From the NCBI GenBank assembly GCA_973895155.1, contig OZ316891.1, positions 23,083,884 through 23,147,883 on the forward strand: a DNA stretch of 64,000 nt, given 5' to 3'. The position numbers and the translations under genes are program-made. The notes beneath the pieces were generated by a model. It did not search any database and had not been told where the DNA came from. It saw only the letters and a list, made by a program, of their open reading frames with translations. Positions 12,360-24,600 of this stretch are shown piece after piece. This stretch comes from Marsupella aquatica. Its lineage: Eukaryota; Plantae; Marchantiophyta. Each line of letters opens with the position of its first letter. Position 1 is the first letter of the stretch.

Positions 12360-15300
12360 TGTCAAACACTTGCCAAGGAGCTTAAGCGGCTTTTCTCCCC
12401 AAAAGACTACCTAATACCTGCTCCATGTCATACCAGGGTCACAAAGGATTGACAAAACTTCTGAAGTGTGCTTACAATGTCCAATCACTCCATACATAAG
12501 TAGTTTCAACTCTCCACTTCTAGAGAGGTAGTCCCCTTGACTACTTTTGTACTCACCCCTTCCCCTCTCCTCTACTCCAAGGATCAGCAAGGGGGATCTC
12601 CGCTCCAAGCTGTCACCTTAGAGTAGATTCTCACACAAACACCCAAGAACCCAAAGTACTTTCCTCTTCAAGCTTAAGTCTCCTCAAGACCCTCAAAGTA
12701 GTGTTACCCCTCAACCTTGCCCCCCTGGCCTTGGTTTGGGTCCACACATCCCCTTTGAGCCCTAGAGAAGGCTCCTCTATCTAAGGACTCTTCCTCTTGT
12801 TCTTACTTCTTGTTAACACCACACACCAAGCAAAGTACTTTCCACCCTCAAGCTATAATCCTCTCTAAGTCTCAAAGTAATGCTATACCTTAACCTTGCC
12901 TCCTTGGCCTTGGTTTTGTACTAGCACATCCCCTTCAAGCTTAGACCAAGATTATACCATAGCATGGACTCTTCTCTTGCTCTCATATACTTCAAATGCA
13001 CTCACACTTAATGGTCACAATGAAGATTGGTAAGTCTCCTTTTATTGCATCACCTTTACAACAAAAGTTCACTACACATTCTCCACACTAAGCATGGACC
13101 ACCTCTCCTTTCTCAAGCTTAGCCCTACCTTGGCAAGGTAGAGATTTCACTTAAGAGATGAGACTCCCGGTCCCTAACAAATGAAAACTTCCTCCTTATA
13201 TACTATCTCCTTCCACATCACACCAAGCTTGACCTGGGGTCCAACTATACCTCCCCCAAGTCCTCCTAACACACAAAGTCCAACTCTATAGTTCATAGCC
13301 CACCCTACTACTTGCTATTTTGCCTCCTTCCAAGCCCTGGAATATGCCACACATGAGTGGTATGCTTTGACTTCCAAACCTACTCCCACTTATGGTCCTC
13401 CTCACCAGCTTACCAACCCACTTGAAAGCTCGCAAAAAGAGTGAGTGAGTCTCAAGTTGTGCCTAGTCAAAGTTGGCCTTATTTTACTTGTAACCCCTTT
13501 ACTACCCTAAGTAAACTACCCCCTATATTTACTTTTCTTAACTTGATGGCCTTACACCTTTGGCCAAAGGTAAGTACCCTTCTCTAGAGCCTAACTCAAG
13601 TGGTATGGGTGCAAGAAAGGTCAGCCCCTAAATCTGGTATTCATTCCCCTATGCCGACTTTGGTTTGCAAGTTGTCGGGACTCCCTCGTGGCCTCGGTTA
13701 AAAATATATTTGAGTGATTACTTTTCTGGGGTTCCACCTTCACCAGGGGGTGCCTTATCTTCCCCTAACTCAGCACAAAAAAATTTGGGCCCCAACGGAT
13801 ACCTCTAGCCAAAGTTATGCCCATTCTCCCAAGGCCTGTTTTTGGTGTAAAGCGGGTGTAAGCGGCGGCCCGATTACACTTACCTTACATGCCCCTTATG
13901 GGGATTCCACGTGTCATGAGGGGAGAGCACTCTCATTATACTCATGTTTCTTATGAAGAAATTGTAAGGACAGCAATGTTTGCAGCCATTTCTCTCTCGT
14001 GAATTCAATCTAAAACCACAGCATTCTCTATTGGATTCTTTCTTGTGCAGCAGTCCAGCTGATCAGCCGCCAGCCCCTCAATTTCACAGCCACCATAGCT
14101 CACAGCCAGCCTAGTCAATTTCGCAGCTAGCCCACCTCTTCAATTTTGCCGCTAGCAACACAGTCAATTTCGCAGCTAGCAGCACAGTCACATCAGCGCA
14201 TTTACAGCACAACAACAGCAGATTTGAAGCACAGCAGCAGCAACCATAGCTTGATTCCTTCTCAGTCAAGCAGGTCTCTCTTCTCAATTTCGTAGCTGCC
14301 CACCTTTGCAATTTCGCAGCTAGCAGCAGCATCATTCAATTCAGCAGCATCAAGGCAGCAGCCAGCCAATTCTCATGAGCATCTCGTGCCTGATTAGTAG
14401 GAGCACCTCTAATCTAGTGTGCAGCTGTCATAGCAGCAAGCAGCCTTCCCAATTCAAAGCCAGCAGCGATCCTAATTTGCAGCCATAGCTCTTTTCCTTC
14501 TCAGCAGCCATAGCTTCTTCAATCAGCAACAGCCCTTGCTTCTTCAATCAGCAGCAGCCATTTCAATTCAGCCGCCCTTCCTTCAATTCAGCCGCCCTTG
14601 TGCTCAATTGATTCCTCAAGTAATCATGCAGCACCTTTGGACAGCCTCCCGGTGCTTGACGTCCTCACCAGCCTCGTGCTTGCTCCTCCTTGCCTCGTGC
14701 TCGCTCCTCCTTGCCTCGTGCTCGCCGCGTGATCGTCGCCCACGCGGTTTACACTTAGAAAAAAATACATTTTTTTTTTGGAAAAACAGCATTTTGGGGC
14801 GATTTTGGACCCCCCTCCAAAACTCACACATAAGTCCAAAAGGACTTCTGAGTAGCTCCACTGATTCTATGGACATAGGACTATGTCCGGGTTTACTAAG
14901 ATATAAACAAAACCCTATAACAACTTTTCTAAAATTAGGCAAAGAGGGTCAAGTCTTTATGTCTTCCAAAATTCTTCTCAACTTTGAGATGCTCCCAAAA
15001 AGTAACCAAGTGTGACAAAGTTGTCCCACAAGTTTCTAGGGATAGAGGGGACCATACTTAACCCACTTCCAAACTTGGAACCCCTACATTTACCCATCAG
15101 CTATTTTTCCCGGGACCCGCTATTTGGTAACTTTGATTTTTGCCAAAATACTTATAACTCCTAGGTTAAGACCCCACTTGACTTCATACTTTTTCAGGGT
15201 TCCCTAGGGACCTCCCAGCACCCATGGGAGAAATATCAGCCAAAAATAAGATGTCCGGTGTCGGGTCATTTTTCGGTCCCGACTTAGTCGCCTATTATAA

Positions 15301-15523
15301 CTAAGGACGGACTAGTTTCCTGCCCCTCCTATAGTAACTTGCTTACCCCTAGATAACTTTGCATAACTAAATTCCCTCTTACCTCTACTAAGCTTCCCTT
15401 CTTACTTAAGTGCCCTAAACCTAGCTACTCTGATAGCACTAAAACTTTTTCCCTAACTATTTCCTCTTCTAAACGAAAGAATGTCATGTTTCTCTACACT
15501 AGCTGACACTGAGCCATCCCACA
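12360..15523 (-). repeat. 3' LTR of element B
   Basis: TGTCAAACAC...CATCCCACA; all six small track ORFs are identical to those in 21687-24850. Confidence 0.97.
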
Positions 15524-15540
15524 TAGCCCCCTACTTAAGT
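15524..15540 (-). other. Polypurine tract of element B
   Basis: ACTTAAGTAGGGGGCTA adjacent to the 3' LTR. Confidence 0.85.
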
Positions 15541-15563
15541 GTGCAGCGTCCCCGCAAACACAC

Positions 15564-18500
15564 TTATTCCTGATTAAAGTACCTTTTCAACCTATCATGA
15601 TGCACTCTAGTAGGGAACACCTCTCCTTCAAGAGTAGCAAGCTGAATTGACCCATTAGCATAAACCTGGTGAACAACATAAGGACCCAACCACCGAGTAT
15701 GCAACTTGCCTGGAAAATGAGCATACCTACTGTCATAGAGTAATACCAGTTGTCCAGCAAGTAAAGAAGTTGGCTTCTTCAACTTCTTGTCATGATGTTG
15801 CTTCACTTGAGCTTGCTTCTTCTTCACTTGCTTGCTTGCCTCTTCCTGGATTTCCTCCAACTCCTCCAGCTGGTAAGCTCTCTCCATTAAACTCTGGTCA
15901 GCCTCCATTCTCTCCTCCACACTTACCCTCAAAGTAGGCACTTCAAACTCAACAGGTACAAGGGAGTGTTGTCCAAATACTAGGTAGAAAGGACTATGGC
16001 CGGTTGTGGTCTTGAAAGCAAGGTTGTAGGAGTACACAGCTGAGTATAATTTGTCATCCCAATCAGTCTTGTGTGCCGCCACGGTTTTGTTCAAGATCTT
16101 GCCAATGATGCCATTAGCTCTCTCCGTTAATCCATTGGCCTTGGGGTGATAGGGGGTGGTCTTCCTATGCTTAATCAAGTAATGGTTAGTGAGCTCCTCC
16201 ACAACTTCATTCAAGAAGTGAGTCCCCCTATCACTAACCAGCTCTAGAGGTGGCCCAAATCTGGTAAAAATCTGTTGATACATGAACCTTGCTACTGTGA
16301 GAGCATTATCCTTGCTGGTTGGTCTTGCCTCTACCCACTTAGTAGCATAATCAGTTGCAAGAAGGATGTATCGATTCCTTCTAGACCTGGTCACAGGAGT
16401 GATGGGACCTATGAAATCTATACCCCACTTCTCAAAAGGTGCAAGAGGTAAGATGGTGGTAAGAGGGTGATGCCTTGAGTGAGCTGGCTTACCTGTCCTT
16501 TGGCAAGGGTCACATCCCCTCACAAAAAGACTTACATCCTTATGAAGTGTTGGCCACCAATACCCTGCATCAAGAATTTTCCTTGCTGTTGTTGCACTTG
16601 CATAATGGCCACCAGCCTCCTCCTCATGCATAGCTCTCATCACAATGGAGATTTCCTTCTTCTCCAAACACCTCCTTAGTCTCCCATCAACTCCTTCCTT
16701 GTGAAGGACACCCTTCACCAATAAGTAAGGTCTGATTTTTCTCAGGAAAACAGCAGCCTCCTCTTGGTTCAAATCTCTTGGTAGCCGGGTTGTGAGAAGA
16801 AATTGGATGATATCCAAATACCATGTATCTCCTCCACTTCCCACATGAAAGAGGTCTTCATCTGGAAACTGATCATCCACCTCCTTCAAGTCCTCTTCTC
16901 CTTCAATCCTTGAGAAGAAGTCTGCATTCCCATGCTTCTTACCAGGCCTGACCCTCACCTCATAATCAAACTCTTGGAGCAACAAGATCCACCTTGCCAC
17001 TCTACCAGTTACATCAGGTTTATTCACCATATACTTGAGAGCATTGTGATCAGTATGAAAGACCACCTTATAGCCCAACAAGTAGTGCCTAAACTTCTTA
17101 CAAGAGTAGATGATTCCTAGAGCTTCTCTATCGGTTGGTGAGTAATTCTTTTCAGCTGGTGCCAATAGTCTACTTGCAAAGTAGATAGGGTGATCCCTAT
17201 TCTGGTCATCAAGTTGACTAAGCACCACACCAATACAAAAGCCAGACACATCCACATACACATGAAATTCTCTACTCCAATCTGGTGCTATCAAGATAGG
17301 GGCTTCAACCAACCTGTTCTTCAACTCCTGAAAACTTGCTAGCCTCTCAACTGAGGGTTCAACCTCAGCCCCCTTCTTAAGCATGCTGGTTAGGGGTAAA
17401 GCTACTTTAGCAAAGTCCTTAATGAACCTCCTATAGTAGTTTAAACATCCCAAGAATCCCCTCAACTCTGTCACTGAAGTTGGAAACTTGACAGCCATCC
17501 AAACAGCAACCTTCTCTTGGTCCACTTCTATGCCCTTCTTGGATACCTTGTGGCCAAGTAGTATCCCTTCTTCCACACCAAAGAAGCACTTCCCTGGGTG
17601 AAGCTTCAAACCAACTTCCCTACATCTTTGGAAGGTCATCCTCAAATGTTCAACATGGTCCTTCCCCCTTCCAAAAACAGCAAAGTCATCTATGAATACT
17701 TCCAAGAACTTTCTCAAGTAGTCATGAAAGATATTCATCATCAACCTTTGGAACATACCAGGGGCATTACAAAGACCAAAAGGCATCCTCCGAAAGGCAT
17801 AAATCCCCCACTCAGTAGTAAAGGCTGTCTTCAACTGGTCCTCCTTCCTTATCCAAATCTGGTTGTAACCTGAGTACCCATCTAGGAAGCTATACACTTC
17901 CCAACCAGCTACTAAATCAAGTACCATATCAGTAAATGGAATGGGATAGTGGTCCTTCTTAGTGGCCTCATTGAGTTTCCTAAAGTCTTGGCAAACTCGG
18001 ATCTTAGGCTTACCATCCAAGCCTGGTTTCTTTGGTACTATGACAATTGGAGAAACCCACTCACTATTCAACACAGGATAGATGAAACCTGCTTCCAGCA
18101 ATTTGTCTATCTCTTCCTTCACCATCAAGGAGTACTTGGGATTCATCCGATATTGCCTTTGTCTCACAGGTGAAGCTCCTAGCATCAAGTCGATTCTATG
18201 CTCACCAAGTTCAGGGTTTACACCAGTAAGATCCAAGTGACTCCAAGCAAACACATCCACATATTCACCTAGCAAATCTTGGATAGTTTTCTCTTCACCT
18301 GATCCCAGGGCATTTCCCAAGTTGAAGGTCTTGTCTTGCTGGACAGAGATGGTTCTGTACTGCTCAGCTCGAATCACCTCCATCTTGTTCCTCATTGTGG
18401 AGTCAAAAGTGCCCTCAAGTTGTGCCAACCTCATGCCTCCATAGACGGGTGCATTTTCAGCACTTAACTCCTCCTTCTCCTTGCTTGAATGCTGGTCTTC

Positions 18501-21500
18501 CTGAGTCTCATCCTCCTCTGAGTTTGCAGCCTTCAATTGGTCCTCTAGCTCCTTTATCTTGAGCTTTAACAAGGCTAAGTGCTTAGCCTTTAACCTCTGG
18601 TCATTACTCCTTGTCTTGATCTCAACTTGGGCAGCACCCTTGCTGGTCTGATCAACCTCCTGAGCCATTGTGATAGTGTCTTCTTGGTTGCTCTCCTTGG
18701 CTGAGGTCTCAGCCTGCTTCACCTCCTCGAGACTGGTCACTTCACTGAGACTGGGCAGAGGTGAATGGCTGGTAAGAGCCTCCTGCTCTTGCTCCTCTCC
18801 AAACACTTCTTCTTCAGTCCATTGGCTCACCATGTTCAACATGTATACCTCATCCTCATCAGATTCAGATTTGGTACTCAACTCATCGGAAAGTTCAGAA
18901 TCATATTCATCCAACTCATCAGTAGTCTCTCCTTGATGCTTGTCATGACCCCATGAAACTGAAGTGGCTGGTTTGCCAAACCTAAACTCCTTCTTGCCCC
19001 AATCAGACACTACTTTGGCTCCATATAGCCAAGGCCTCCCAATCAAGATTGGGTAAGTAGATGGCCTTGCTGGTCTCATCACCAAGTAATTCAACAAGAA
19101 CTCCTGCCCCCCAATGAGAGTAGGTACTTGAGTAAGTGTCCCCACCGGTAGCACTCTTGCTCCATTTGCTAGCCTCATTGTCCTTGCTGTTGGCTGAAGT
19201 TTCTTGAAACCTAGTTGTTGGGCAGTAGCCTCAATCATGATATTCACACCTGAGCCTCCATCAACTGGTACATACGAGAGTACACACCCATTTACTTGAA
19301 CATCAATCTCAGGTGCTCCAAGGTCTTCACAAACCATCATCACATCAGCTGGGGTACCAACCTTTGGAAGCTTCCTTCTTCTCCTTCCTACCAACATCTC
19401 CTTCAGTTGCCTCCTATACAAAGGGTTGTCTTTGATCAGCTGCCCCACTGTAGCAGTAACCAAACAATCTTTCACATCCTTCTTGATGTCATAAGAGGGT
19501 ACCTTGCTGGTCTCTTTCTTCTCTTCCACCTCAGCTTTTTCCTTCAAAGCTTTAGCAACCTTCAGGTCTTTGTTGATGGCCTCTTGATGCTCCTTAGCCT
19601 CCATCTCCTCTAGTTGCCTCTTGACTTCCTCATTCACCTTGGGATAGAAGAGCTTCGGATGGTCTCTCTTGTAGTCACTATCTTCAGCTGGTGGGACTTG
19701 AACTTCTGCTCCAACTTCAACTTCGATTGGTGACTCCGTTGAGTGCTCCTTTCTCTCCTTCCTCTTCTTCCTCTCTTCCACTCTTTCCTTCTTTCTTGTG
19801 GACCTGGTAGACACCTTGTAACACACAGCTTCCTCCTCAGGTGTCTCCATTCCTGGTAGATCTGGCTGGTTCTCCCCACCAGCAACTTGTGTCACTCCAT
19901 CTTTGGCCTCCTCTTGCCACTCCATACTCAAGAAGTTCACTGTGGCTTCACCGGGAGCCTTGGCAACCGCTGGTGGTGGTGCTTCTATCCTTCCTATCAT
20001 CATCTTGGCAGCAGATCCAATAGGACAGTTGGCTGTGGTATGACCCTCCCTTTTGCACACAGCACAAAGAGGATAGGGAGCTCCTTGTCCCTGCCTCCTT
20101 GGTTCGGGGCAACTGTTGGAATAGTGCCCTGGTTTTTGACAGTTCCAGCAGATCACCACGGTAGTTCTTGCCACTCCCCCAGGTCCTTGAGGTCCCATTT
20201 GATCCACCATCCTTGGTTGAAGACCAGGCATCAGTTGAGGTGCCATGGGTGGAGCTGGTCTTCCTTGCAAAGTTCTTGGGCCTCCTGAAATCTGGTACAC
20301 CATCTCCGGGGCTTCTTCATAGAAGTAGTCCACCACTTCACTTGCTTGATAAACATCGTTGGACTCTTCATTGACATACTGAACTTGATTCCTCCAACCT
20401 TGACACTCTTGAGGTGTATGGCCAAAACTCTTGCACTTGACACACCATACATGGGCTCTATTCACCGGCACTTTTCTCCTATCAGGTTGCACACCAGCAA
20501 AGTGAACTGATAGGGCCTTGAGTTGGTTGGTGATCTCACTCATCTTGTTATCCATCACCTTCTTCTCCTTGGTTGCTGGTGTAGAACCTTCCACCAAGTT
20601 GAAGGTTGCAGATTTGTGGTGCTTACCACCTGGCTTCTTCTTGCTGGCTCTCCTCTTCTGGTCGCTTTTTCTCTTTGCCTTCTTCTTCTTCTTCTTCTTC
20701 TTCTTCTCGGAGTCCTCCTCAGAATCAGATTCTGAATCAGAACTGGAACTACTCTCCTCAGATTCCGACTCAGAAGTATCCTCAACTGAACTACTTGATT
20801 CACTTGAGCTAGAAGAAGAATCACTATAAGCAAATCGCTTCTTCTTTCTCCTACTCTTGGAACTAGAGATCTCAGCACTCCTATAAGACTGAGCCGCCTC
20901 AATGGCCTCATCCAACGTATTAGGGTGAGATTGCCTTACTGAGACACCCATCTTCTTGGGTAGGCTTGCCACAAACCAAGCCAACAACATGGAGTCTACT
21001 GGTCTGGGGTCAAGCTTGGTAGCTAACCTTTGAAACCTTTGCAGAAACCTCCTTACTGACTCCTTGGATCCCATTCTGATCTCTCCCATCTTGATCAGAG
21101 CTTCCGATTCTTCTCCCACCTTCCTAAACTCCTGCAAGAATGCTAGCTTGAAGGCATCCCAATCATTCTTGATGGCATTTGATAGGCTATTGAACCAAGG
21201 TCTTGCTTCTCCTCTCAAGACCCCCGCCAAAGTGGTCAACTTAATATCAAACTCTCCATTGGCTTGGGCTGTCCCAATGAAGTCCTCCAACCAAGCATCA
21301 GGATCCTCCTTGGGCTTGCCATGGAATGTCTTGTACTGAAATCTTGCTCTTTGAGTCACCACCATGGCTGCTTCTTGATCTTCACTTGTGTTGGTAGTGG
21401 AAGAAGATGTATCACTCCACCCTACACCAGGTTCCGCTTCAGCTTGCAAATGAATGTCCACCCAATCTGGTTGCTCCAACTGGTCACCAAAGTTGAAACT

Positions 21501-21542
21501 AAGAGAGGCTTCTTTTAGTGCTTGACTCCTTGTAGTGGGCAT
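15564..21542 (-). CDS. gag-pol: Gag-Pol polyprotein of element B in a single ORF (likely ATG at 21542)
   Basis: Retrotransposon gag core, three CCHC knuckles, protease VDGGSG, RT (PFGLCNAP, FIDD), RNase H, integrase HHCC + DDE + GPY; no chromodomain; no stops. Confidence 0.97.
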   Translation of the reverse strand: MPTTRSQALKEASLSFNFGDQLEQPDWVDIHLQAEAEPGVGWSDTSSSTTNTSEDQEAAMVVTQRARFQYKTFHGKPKEDPDAWLEDFIGTAQANGEFDIKLTTLAGVLRGEARPWFNSLSNAIKNDWDAFKLAFLQEFRKVGEESEALIKMGEIRMGSKESVRRFLQRFQRLATKLDPRPVDSMLLAWFVASLPKKMGVSVRQSHPNTLDEAIEAAQSYRSAEISSSKSRRKKKRFAYSDSSSSSSESSSSVEDTSESESEESSSSSDSESDSEEDSEKKKKKKKKKAKRKSDQKRRASKKKPGGKHHKSATFNLVEGSTPATKEKKVMDNKMSEITNQLKALSVHFAGVQPDRRKVPVNRAHVWCVKCKSFGHTPQECQGWRNQVQYVNEESNDVYQASEVVDYFYEEAPEMVYQISGGPRTLQGRPAPPMAPQLMPGLQPRMVDQMGPQGPGGVARTTVVICWNCQKPGHYSNSCPEPRRQGQGAPYPLCAVCKREGHTTANCPIGSAAKMMIGRIEAPPPAVAKAPGEATVNFLSMEWQEEAKDGVTQVAGGENQPDLPGMETPEEEAVCYKVSTRSTRKKERVEERKKRKERKEHSTESPIEVEVGAEVQVPPAEDSDYKRDHPKLFYPKVNEEVKRQLEEMEAKEHQEAINKDLKVAKALKEKAEVEEKKETSKVPSYDIKKDVKDCLVTATVGQLIKDNPLYRRQLKEMLVGRRRRKLPKVGTPADVMMVCEDLGAPEIDVQVNGCVLSYVPVDGGSGVNIMIEATAQQLGFKKLQPTARTMRLANGARVLPVGTLTQVPTLIGGQEFLLNYLVMRPARPSTYPILIGRPWLYGAKVVSDWGKKEFRFGKPATSVSWGHDKHQGETTDELDEYDSELSDELSTKSESDEDEVYMLNMVSQWTEEEVFGEEQEQEALTSHSPLPSLSEVTSLEEVKQAETSAKESNQEDTITMAQEVDQTSKGAAQVEIKTRSNDQRLKAKHLALLKLKIKELEDQLKAANSEEDETQEDQHSSKEKEELSAENAPVYGGMRLAQLEGTFDSTMRNKMEVIRAEQYRTISVQQDKTFNLGNALGSGEEKTIQDLLGEYVDVFAWSHLDLTGVNPELGEHRIDLMLGASPVRQRQYRMNPKYSLMVKEEIDKLLEAGFIYPVLNSEWVSPIVIVPKKPGLDGKPKIRVCQDFRKLNEATKKDHYPIPFTDMVLDLVAGWEVYSFLDGYSGYNQIWIRKEDQLKTAFTTEWGIYAFRRMPFGLCNAPGMFQRLMMNIFHDYLRKFLEVFIDDFAVFGRGKDHVEHLRMTFQRCREVGLKLHPGKCFFGVEEGILLGHKVSKKGIEVDQEKVAVWMAVKFPTSVTELRGFLGCLNYYRRFIKDFAKVALPLTSMLKKGAEVEPSVERLASFQELKNRLVEAPILIAPDWSREFHVYVDVSGFCIGVVLSQLDDQNRDHPIYFASRLLAPAEKNYSPTDREALGIIYSCKKFRHYLLGYKVVFHTDHNALKYMVNKPDVTGRVARWILLLQEFDYEVRVRPGKKHGNADFFSRIEGEEDLKEVDDQFPDEDLFHVGSGGDTWYLDIIQFLLTTRLPRDLNQEEAAVFLRKIRPYLLVKGVLHKEGVDGRLRRCLEKKEISIVMRAMHEEEAGGHYASATTARKILDAGYWWPTLHKDVSLFVRGCDPCQRTGKPAHSRHHPLTTILPLAPFEKWGIDFIGPITPVTRSRRNRYILLATDYATKWVEARPTSKDNALTVARFMYQQIFTRFGPPLELVSDRGTHFLNEVVEELTNHYLIKHRKTTPYHPKANGLTERANGIIGKILNKTVAAHKTDWDDKLYSAVYSYNLAFKTTTGHSPFYLVFGQHSLVPVEFEVPTLRVSVEERMEADQSLMERAYQLEELEEIQEEASKQVKKKQAQVKQHHDKKLKKPTSLLAGQLVLLYDSRYAHFPGKLHTRWLGPYVVHQVYANGSIQLATLEGEVFPTRVHHDRLKRYFNQE

Positions 21543-21648
21543 GCCACTCACAATCACCTTCTTATCTCCCTTCTTCTCTTGAACAGCAAACCTGCAAACA
21601 CACCTCCAAGTCTTGTGGCTCCACTCCAACAAAAACTGTAAAGAGTTG

Positions 21649-21666
21649 TCCCCGGCAGCGGCGCCA
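21649..21666 (-). other. Primer binding site of B, tRNA-Asp type
   Basis: TGGCGCCGCTGCCGGGGA matches the complement of the plant tRNA-Asp 3' end as recalled (one mismatch), the Athila-type PBS. It lies 20 nt from the LTR. Confidence 0.8.
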
Positions 21667-21686
21667 AAAACAAGGGTGGGACTCTA

Positions 21687-24600
21687 TGTCAAACACTTGC
21701 CAAGGAGCTTAAGCGGCTTTTCTCCCCAAAAGACTACCTAATACCTGCTCCATGTCATACCAGGGTCACAAAGGATTGACAAAACTTCTGAAGTGTGCTT
21801 ACAATGTCCAATCACTCCATACATAAGTAGTTTCAACTCTCCACTTCTAGAGAGGTAGTCCCCTTGACTACTTTTGTACTCACCCCTTCCCCTCTCCTCT
21901 ACTCCAAGGATCAGCAAGGGGGATCTCCGCTCCAAGCTGTCACCTTAGAGTAGATTCTCACACAAACACCCAAGAACCCAAAGTACTTTCCTCTTCAAGC
22001 TTAAGTCTCCTCAAGACCCTCAAAGTAGTGTTACCCCTCAACCTTGCCCCCCTGGCCTTGGTTTGGGTCCACACATCCCCTTTGAGCCCTAGAGAAGGCT
22101 CCTCTATCTAAGGACTCTTCCTCTTGTTCTTACTTCTTGTTAACACCACACACCAAGCAAAGTACTTTCCACCCTCAAGCTATAATCCTCTCTAAGTCTC
22201 AAAGTAATGCTATACCTTAACCTTGCCTCCTTGGCCTTGGTTTTGTACTAGCACATCCCCTTCAAGCTTAGACCAAGATTATACCATAGCATGGACTCTT
22301 CTCTTGCTCTCATATACTTCAAATGCACTCACACTTAATGGTCACAATGAAGATTGGTAAGTCTCCTTTTATTGCATCACCTTTACAACAAAAGTTCACT
22401 ACACATTCTCCACACTAAGCATGGACCACCTCTCCTTTCTCAAGCTTAGCCCTACCTTGGCAAGGTAGAGATTTCACTTAAGAGATGAGACTCCCGGTCC
22501 CTAACAAATGAAAACTTCCTCCTTATATACTATCTCCTTCCACATCACACCAAGCTTGACCTGGGGTCCAACTATACCTCCCCCAAGTCCTCCTAACACA
22601 CAAAGTCCAACTCTATAGTTCATAGCCCACCCTACTACTTGCTATTTTGCCTCCTTCCAAGCCCTGGAATATGCCACACATGAGTGGTATGCTTTGACTT
22701 CCAAACCTACTCCCACTTATGGTCCTCCTCACCAGCTTACCAACCCACTTGAAAGCTCGCAAAAAGAGTGAGTGAGTCTCAAGTTGTGCCTAGTCAAAGT
22801 TGGCCTTATTTTACTTGTAACCCCTTTACTACCCTAAGTAAACTACCCCCTATATTTACTTTTCTTAACTTGATGGCCTTACACCTTTGGCCAAAGGTAA
22901 GTACCCTTCTCTAGAGCCTAACTCAAGTGGTATGGGTGCAAGAAAGGTCAGCCCCTAAATCTGGTATTCATTCCCCTATGCCGACTTTGGTTTGCAAGTT
23001 GTCGGGACTCCCTCGTGGCCTCGGTTAAAAATATATTTGAGTGATTACTTTTCTGGGGTTCCACCTTCACCAGGGGGTGCCTTATCTTCCCCTAACTCAG
23101 CACAAAAAAATTTGGGCCCCAACGGATACCTCTAGCCAAAGTTATGCCCATTCTCCCAAGGCCTGTTTTTGGTGTAAAGCGGGTGTAAGCGGCGGCCCGA
23201 TTACACTTACCTTACATGCCCCTTATGGGGATTCCACGTGTCATGAGGGGAGAGCACTCTCATTATACTCATGTTTCTTATGAAGAAATTGTAAGGACAG
23301 CAATGTTTGCAGCCATTTCTCTCTCGTGAATTCAATCTAAAACCACAGCATTCTCTATTGGATTCTTTCTTGTGCAGCAGTCCAGCTGATCAGCCGCCAG
23401 CCCCTCAATTTCACAGCCACCATAGCTCACAGCCAGCCTAGTCAATTTCGCAGCTAGCCCACCTCTTCAATTTTGCCGCTAGCAACACAGTCAATTTCGC
23501 AGCTAGCAGCACAGTCACATCAGCGCATTTACAGCACAACAACAGCAGATTTGAAGCACAGCAGCAGCAACCATAGCTTGATTCCTTCTCAGTCAAGCAG
23601 GTCTCTCTTCTCAATTTCGTAGCTGCCCACCTTTGCAATTTCGCAGCTAGCAGCAGCATCATTCAATTCAGCAGCATCAAGGCAGCAGCCAGCCAATTCT
23701 CATGAGCATCTCGTGCCTGATTAGTAGGAGCACCTCTAATCTAGTGTGCAGCTGTCATAGCAGCAAGCAGCCTTCCCAATTCAAAGCCAGCAGCGATCCT
23801 AATTTGCAGCCATAGCTCTTTTCCTTCTCAGCAGCCATAGCTTCTTCAATCAGCAACAGCCCTTGCTTCTTCAATCAGCAGCAGCCATTTCAATTCAGCC
23901 GCCCTTCCTTCAATTCAGCCGCCCTTGTGCTCAATTGATTCCTCAAGTAATCATGCAGCACCTTTGGACAGCCTCCCGGTGCTTGACGTCCTCACCAGCC
24001 TCGTGCTTGCTCCTCCTTGCCTCGTGCTCGCTCCTCCTTGCCTCGTGCTCGCCGCGTGATCGTCGCCCACGCGGTTTACACTTAGAAAAAAATACATTTT
24101 TTTTTTGGAAAAACAGCATTTTGGGGCGATTTTGGACCCCCCTCCAAAACTCACACATAAGTCCAAAAGGACTTCTGAGTAGCTCCACTGATTCTATGGA
24201 CATAGGACTATGTCCGGGTTTACTAAGATATAAACAAAACCCTATAACAACTTTTCTAAAATTAGGCAAAGAGGGTCAAGTCTTTATGTCTTCCAAAATT
24301 CTTCTCAACTTTGAGATGCTCCCAAAAAGTAACCAAGTGTGACAAAGTTGTCCCACAAGTTTCTAGGGATAGAGGGGACCATACTTAACCCACTTCCAAA
24401 CTTGGAACCCCTACATTTACCCATCAGCTATTTTTCCCGGGACCCGCTATTTGGTAACTTTGATTTTTGCCAAAATACTTATAACTCCTAGGTTAAGACC
24501 CCACTTGACTTCATACTTTTTCAGGGTTCCCTAGGGACCTCCCAGCACCCATGGGAGAAATATCAGCCAAAAATAAGATGTCCGGTGTCGGGTCATTTTT

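Noticed and set aside
12411-15015. Short ORFs in the B LTRs (also 21738-24342)
   Set aside because: They are short, low-complexity, on both strands and show no recognisable domain; their duplication only reflects LTR identity.
16479-21518. Numerous plus-strand and off-frame ORFs over gag-pol
   Set aside because: They are shadow ORFs of the long minus-strand CDS with no independent motifs.
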